Of a stretch of DNA of 64,000 nucleotides, positions 57,986 to 64,000 are shown piece by piece. Position 1 is the first letter of the stretch, and each line of letters starts with the position of its first letter. Under the pieces are notes generated by a model. That model was not told the origin of the DNA, searched no databases, and saw only the letters and a list, made by a program, of their open reading frames with translations. A program made the position numbers and the translations under genes. Origin of the DNA: Macrostomum lignano (Eukaryota); the NCBI GenBank assembly GCA_002269645.1, contig NIVC01003378.1, positions 36,878 to 100,877 on the forward strand, written 5' to 3'.

Positions 57986-60089
57986 TTGCATGAAATATTA
58001 TGTATTTAAAAATAAAAGATTTAAAATGAAATGAAACAAACAAAAGAAATTAACAAAATGAGTAATTTTTAGCATATAGTAAGCTATGCCTATATAGCAA
58101 CTTAATTCAAAAAATTTCCTATAGAAATGGTATTAAAAAAGCTAAAAATATATTAATTTGCAAGTAAATTTAAAAATATTTAAAAGAACTTTAAAGTATA
58201 TTAACTAGTAACTCATTATTTCCTTAAAGAGATACTATTGTCAATATAATTATATTTTGAAATGCAATCTTAGGTATCCTCAGAAGAAAAAAGGCAATCT
58301 CTAATTGTTTGCCTTAATGCCTTTATTAAATTGTCTAGCTAAGATTATATTTGTATATCATATATTCCTATTAAACATAACCACTATCTATTTCTGTCTT
58401 TACTTTTTGGGGTTTCTCCTAGGCCCTAAGGTCCCTAGAAACATGTTCAAATAGCAAAAAAATTAAAGACAATCATCAAGGCTTTGTTTTTATTTCTTTT
58501 GCTAGTTTTCTTAATTTTGCTTGTTTTTCAATACAACAATAGTACACAAATAAGCTACACTGAATTTAACCAATGAATATGAGCAAAATGGATTAATTAT
58601 TGTTTCTTTCATGAAAAAACTGTTATCTTATTATCTAAATATTTTTCACTCATATTTAGGCTGTAAGTGTAAGGGGCCTACCTAGGCTAGATTGCACTTC
58701 TCTACTTGGAGTTCTCTATTTCTCTACTCTACTCTACCTTTTTACAGGACATGAAGTGTTTTGTAGCCATTTTTTCTTTTTTATGATTTATCTTATTATT
58801 TGTCAAAATAACTTATAACTGATAATTGAAGTCACAAAAAGCAAAAAAATTATAGAATATAATTCAATAATTAAGACAATACAGACTCGACAAGACAGTC
58901 CCTCGTTATTTGCATGCTAACTGCATGTCGTTTTTTTACACGGTAACTAAAATAAATGGTTACCATGCTTTTCCGTGCTTTTAGGTTACTTTTCGGTACG
59001 CGCACCCCAACTTGCTTTTTGGTGCCCCAATCTATGAGGCCTTACTTCAAAAGTTTTCTCATAGCATATAATCTATGCTGTATAATAGTCTTATGCAGCA
59101 ACCTATTAACCTAACCTAACAAAAGCAATATTGATTTTGTTAAAGTGGCGCTCTATTTTTATTTTGGAAAATCTTCTGCTTGAGATCAAGCATTAGTTCT
59201 GTACAAGACGGTAGCAAAGCAAATCATACGTATGAAAAGGAAATAAAATCAGGAATTAAAAAACTTTGTCGCACCGAATTTCATTTTAATTCGAGACTTT
59301 TAACATTTCAAAAAGTACACGTACGTCGTCGGCTCACCAAGATATAAATCAAGGACGACTTAAGTGGACTTATACTTAAAGTCGTCCTTGATATAAATTG
59401 AAATCAAATTTGAACCAGACAGACAAAAAATAAGATAGAAAAAGTTAAAACAAAAGGAGACACTGGGAAAAAACAAGACAATCAAAATATATAATTTTTT
59501 GATGCTTTTAAAATTAATTTGAAAATAAATCCTGAATCATATTAGAGAACTGATCGAATTAACAACAGCGACGACTTTATAGATCGAAGAAAAGAGAAGA
59601 TAGTAAGCATGTGTGCATCAGTTGACGAATTCACTGTTAGTTATTTATTGGTGAGATGTTATCACTTAAAGCGTTAGGTAGTCTGTTGTCTAAAAATATA
59701 ATAAAGTAAAAAGTTTGATATATTAAATTTGTTATTTTTTACTTAAAATAATTCTAATTATTTTGGAAACATAATTCAGTTTTTTCTATTTTTTATATTT
59801 TAGTCTTATAGCTGTTTGTTAAGTAAATTTTCAAATACCCAGGTTCTGTAGACAGTAGATCCAGTTTTTTGCAATACTACTAGATGGCCTATTCTAATGT
59901 CATGTGATTCTAGACTTATTGTCCTTGTTCTAGTTCCACTTGGTCTCATTTCTATTCTTTTTAATAATGGCATATTGATTGTTCAAAATCTCAATCTCTT
60001 GCCTAGTGTCTGGTGATTCCTTTCCAATCCACATATATGCACAACCTTGGGAATCACCTGGCGGTTTCTATTGGCAACACACACATGTA

Positions 60090-60330
60090 AGTCGCTATTG
60101 GCTGAGAGCAGTCACGTGACTACTATTCTGTCTGTGACGTTGTCACTTTAAGTAGCCCCGCCAAGTGCCGTTTTGACATACGGTACCAATCTTTAATATT
60201 ACTAGTTCCGTTCTCTCACGTTTGCTTAAAGTAGTGCCCTAAGAATTTTAATCAGCTGCGTACATTTGTAAAGTCTGCGTACAGCGCGCGATCGATAATT
60301 TCTGTTCCTGTTTTTCTCAGCCGGCCAATA
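60090..60330. promoter_or_regulatory. Possible divergent promoter between TLCD5 and the GH31 pseudogene
   Basis: ATTGG 60097-60101, palindrome GTCACGTGAC 60111-60120, gtgacgttgtcac near 60134, CCAAT near 60324. Confidence 0.35.
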
Positions 60331-60529
60331 GAAAAACCAAGCCTGCAGCCATTGATTGCTTTAACATTAACTTTAACTGATATTACGGCCAAGTGCTACC
60401 GCTACAAATTTGCCTCTGCCGCATTCATTTGCCTCGCTTATTCTCGAGGCCGCCACACTAGTATCGTCACACTGTCCAATAGCAACTTACATGTGTGTGT
60501 TGCCAATAGAAACGACCAGGTGAATCCCT

Positions 60530-62237
60530 AGGTTGCGCCCAAGCATACCAATCCAGATACATGTAAATGAGACAGAGGCTTGTGGGCAGCATAGGTTTAA
60601 AATCCCTCTGAGCTATTACTCATTGCTAGTAAACTTGTTGGAGCTGCTTGTTCAAGTACCCGGAGCAGCTAGTGGTTGGAGCATTAGGCTGGATGCTGTG
60701 CATTCTAGCTCAGTATAGCGACTGCTTTGCACTGTTTCTCTACAGATATTCTGTATTGAGCTAGAGCTGCACTAGTAGTACACGTGCACAGTGCAAAATC
60801 TGAAATCATATGGCTAGCTCTAAAGCTGCTTCTACACCAGAGAAATTTGGAGACCGCATGGTCCATCCTCCATTGGCACCAACCTGAGCTTCTGCGCTAG
60901 CTGACTATGTGGGATTCCCAGGCATTTAGACTGCCTGCCTCTTACATGTAGTAGGTCTACAGTGTGGGGTCAGGGAACCATACTACCTCTACAACCTGGG
61001 TGTGTTCAAGTACAAGTTGGAGACCCACATGGCCTTGTGCAGCAGTGTGCCAGTACTGTACGCCCATGGTTTAGATTGCACTGTGGCAACCATCCAGCAC
61101 AATGCCAAAGAGACCTAGATCGAGTGTGAAGGCCTTAACATGTGCTGGATGAGAGAGTCTTGCGTTTTCGATCTCTTTCTCATGGCGGCCCAGCCCACTG
61201 TCCCCATAGGTAGATCCACTTGGTTGGCATGACCCCGCTGCTGCCGCTGTTCGCGCAGGCTACCACCAGAGCAGGTGGAACTTTCAGGATGAGGCCAATC
61301 CACCACAGTTGGTGACGAATTTGATGGGAATCTGACTCCCAATCTTAATCCCAGTCAGCCTGGAACCCCAGCTTACCGAGTCCTGACCCCGAAGCTACTG
61401 GCCCAAATCCCCAGAGCTGATGAGTCCCGATCCTGAAATAGCCAGTTTAAATTTTATGAACTCCGCCGCAATTCTGTATCGTTCATACGTATACCTTACC
61501 TCGTGGCCTACTGGTATAAATTATGATCCCGCACAAGCTCTCGCACAACACAAATGGAAAATGTGCTTCAGGTGGGATATGGCCGAGTTTCCAATCCTCA
61601 GCGCCTCATCAACCTGTTGGAGGAGTGGCCGCGGAGACGATCGTCCATCCGCATGTGAAGGTTGGCGCCTGGTCTGTCTACCAGGAGGTCAGGGACCGCA
61701 GTTGGGCGGTGAAACGTCCCAATGGTGAAGCTTTCGAAGGCTGTTGTTGGCTAGCACCTTTGCATGGCCCGACTTCAGAGCCGCCGTGTGCGCTGGTGAA
61801 TGTTATGCAGATGCAGTTTTGTGGCTTGACTTGCACTGTGCTGATGTGCGTACGTGAATGTCGCTGGGCGCCTCTCCGGTGTTCGTGCGTGCTGGCTCCA
61901 TTGTGCCCAGGCGCAGCTGGCGCCAGGCAGTTCGTCGCTGTACTTGAACGATGGCCACAGCCTGAGTTGCGACGGCAGCCAAAGCGACTCCATCCTGCTA
62001 GATTTTAGCTTCTCGGGCGAGACGCTGACCAGCCGCGGCAGCGTGGCGGGCTTTATCTCCAATATCGCCTTTGTGGGCGTCCTTGGCCGCTTGCCGGCGT
62101 CCGCCTCCTCCGGGCTTGGCGTCACAAACTGCGGATCTCCGACACGATGCCAACACCGAGTGACCGTGACCATTTCGCAGGCTCAGGAACGCGGCTGCTT
62201 CCCGGCGGGGCCTCCCAGGAGCTGGGACGAGCTGTGA
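60530..62237 (+). pseudogene. GANAB: Decayed GH31 glucosidase II alpha-like (GANAB/GANC) pseudogene lacking the catalytic core
   Basis: Colinear motifs across frameshifts and stops: HGPSSIG, GIPRH, EPYYLYNLGVFKY..MAL..SVPVLYAH, WMRES.VFDLF, LLPLFA/GYHQSRWNFQDE, HPHVKV..VK..NG..FEG.CW, WPDF, PVFVRAGSIVPR, LYLNDGHS..FSFSGETLTS. Confidence 0.8.
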
Positions 62238-62444
62238 AGAGCAGGCGCCCTTTTTGCACTTGGCAGTCCTGTATTTTTGGGAATTTCTGTTGCATTCGAT
62301 CCTCATTACCATCTTCTTACAATACTTGTATGCCTATTTATTTAGCATATCATTCATACCAAGATATTTATTTTTGTTTTGCTATTGTCTACTAGTATTG
62401 TCTATTATTTGGTTTGAATTAAACATAATAATCGTACCCTTTAT

Positions 62445-63730
62445 CTCAGCATGATAGTGGTAGCGCGTTGATGCACTGGCGGGTTGTGCATGATTTTTGT
62501 AGAGAGGTGATGCACTGGCGGGTTGTGCATGGTTGCAGAGAGGTGATGCACTGGCGGGTTGTGCATAGTTGTTGCAGAGAGGTGATGCACTGGTGGGTTG
62601 TGCATAGTTGTAGAGAGGTGATGCACTGGTGGGTTGTGCATAGTTGTTGCAGAGAGGTGATGCACTGGCTGGTTGTGCATAGTTGTAGAGAGGTGATGCA
62701 CTGGTGGGTTGTGCATAGTTGTAGAGAGGTGATGCACTGGCGGGTTGTGCATAGTGGTAGAGAGGTGATGCACTGGCTGGTTGTGCATGATTGTTGTAGA
62801 GAGGTGATTGTTGTAGAGCACTGGCTGGTTGTGCATGATTGTTGTAGAGAGGTGATGCACTGGCGGGTTGTGCATAGTTGTAGAGAGGTGATGCACTGGT
62901 GGGTTGTGCATAGTTGTAGAGAGGTGATGCACTGACGGGTTGTGCATAGTGGTAAAGAGGTGATGCACTAGCGGGTTGTGCATAGTTGTAGAGAGGTGAT
63001 GCAATGGCGGGTTGTGCATAATTGTTGCAGAGAGGTGATGCACTGGCGGGTTGTGCACAATTGTAGAGAGGTGATGCACTGGCGGGTTGTCCATAATTGT
63101 TGCAGAGAGGTGATGCACTGGCTGGTTGTGCATGATTGTTGTAGAGAGGTGATTGTTGTAGAGCACTGGCTGGTTGTGCATGATTGTTGTAGAGAGGTGA
63201 TGCACTGACGGGTTGTGCATAGTTGTAGAGAGGTGATGCACTGGTGGGTTGTGCATAGTTGTAGAGAGGTGATGCACTGGCGGGTTGTGCATAGTGGTAG
63301 AGAGGTGATGCACTGGCTGGTTGTGCATGATTGTTGTAGAGAGGTGATTGTTGTAGAGCACTGGCTGGTTGTGCATGATTGTTGTAGAGAGGTGATGCAC
63401 TGGCGGGTTGTGCATAGTTGTTGTAGAGAGGTGATGCACTGGCTGGTTGTGCATGATTGTTGCAGAGAGGTGATGCACTGGCGGGTTGTGCATAGTGGTA
63501 GAGAGGTGATGCACTGGCGGGTTGTGCATGATTGTTGTAGAGAGGTGATGCACTGGCGGGTTGTGCATGATTGTTGCAGAGAGGTGATGCACTGGCGGGT
63601 TGTGCATAGTTGTAGAGAGGTGATGCACTGGCGGGTGGTGCATAATTGTTGCAGAGAGGTGATGCACTGGCGGGTTGTGCATAGTGGTAGAGAGGTGATG
63701 CACTGGTGGTTGTGCAAATTGTTGTAGAGA
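62445..63730. repeat. 36/39-bp minisatellite gcatagttgtagagaggtgatgcactggcgggttgt (about 34 copies)
   Basis: Direct inspection; a variant with tgattgttgtagagca recurs near 62805, 63150 and 63345. Confidence 0.95.
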
Positions 63731-63874
63731 GTTGATGAACTGACGAGCAACATGCAGTGATGCAGCAACAAAGGCTTGCATTTCACCTGATTGCCACCTG
63801 AGCGAGGTGATCCCTTTTAGTTTTGTGCAAAATGCAAATTCAATTAACGTTTGTGGTCATGGTCTGATAAGAGT

Positions 63875-64000
63875 CTTCTTTGCTTAGTGGTCATGTTCTT
63901 CTTTGCTGAGTTATTTCGTTGCCTTTCTTAGGAATAAAGGTTTGCTTAGTGGTCATGTTCTTCTTTGCTGAGTTTATTTCGTGCCTTTCCAGGAATAAAA
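63875..64000. repeat. Tandem duplication of about 62-66 bp (tttgcttagtggtcatgttcttctttgctgag...)
   Basis: Two copies at the window end. Confidence 0.8.

Noticed and set aside
61394-61450. Hammerhead-like CTGATGA...GAAA
   Set aside because: Stem II does not pair (gtcccgatcct) and no stem III/NUH closes next to the core. CTGATGA hits at 31456, 49038, 49801 (minus) and 52910 also lack a GAAA partner.

Overview
Eukaryotic (animal, probably invertebrate) genomic DNA: AT-rich background, GC-rich coding islands, GT-AG introns, and mostly transposons and satellites. Host genes: an 8-exon LAP-family gene (LRR + LAPSD + one C-terminal PDZ; Erbin/Densin/LET-413 type; 20385-30235 +), a 2-exon TLCD5/TMEM136-like gene (54100-55359 -), and a decayed GH31 glucosidase II alpha (GANAB-like) pseudogene (~60530-62237 +). 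247-17860 is a nested stack whose order can be read from the sequence. A Merlin transposase relic is split by a long-TIR element (9-bp TSD). Two inverted copies of a 2.8-kb TIR element are present, one of which carries a CsRn1-like Gypsy, which in turn carries a 2.9-kb Helitron-like insert. Two of these insertions have their empty site elsewhere in the window. An intact Gypsy with identical LTRs and a -1 frameshift signal sits antisense in intron 3 of the LAP gene. 32569-43828 is a head-to-tail array of non-autonomous Helitron-like units carrying 23-, 18- and 30-bp minisatellites and a tRNA-like segment; one part has two outward-facing Helitron 3' ends. 44730-52352 is a fold-back complex of an unrecognised non-coding element with long inverted ends and inward-facing CCAAT/TATA motifs. 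No CRISPR, rRNA or intact tRNA gene is supported. All alignments were done by eye; copy numbers are estimates from length divided by period.
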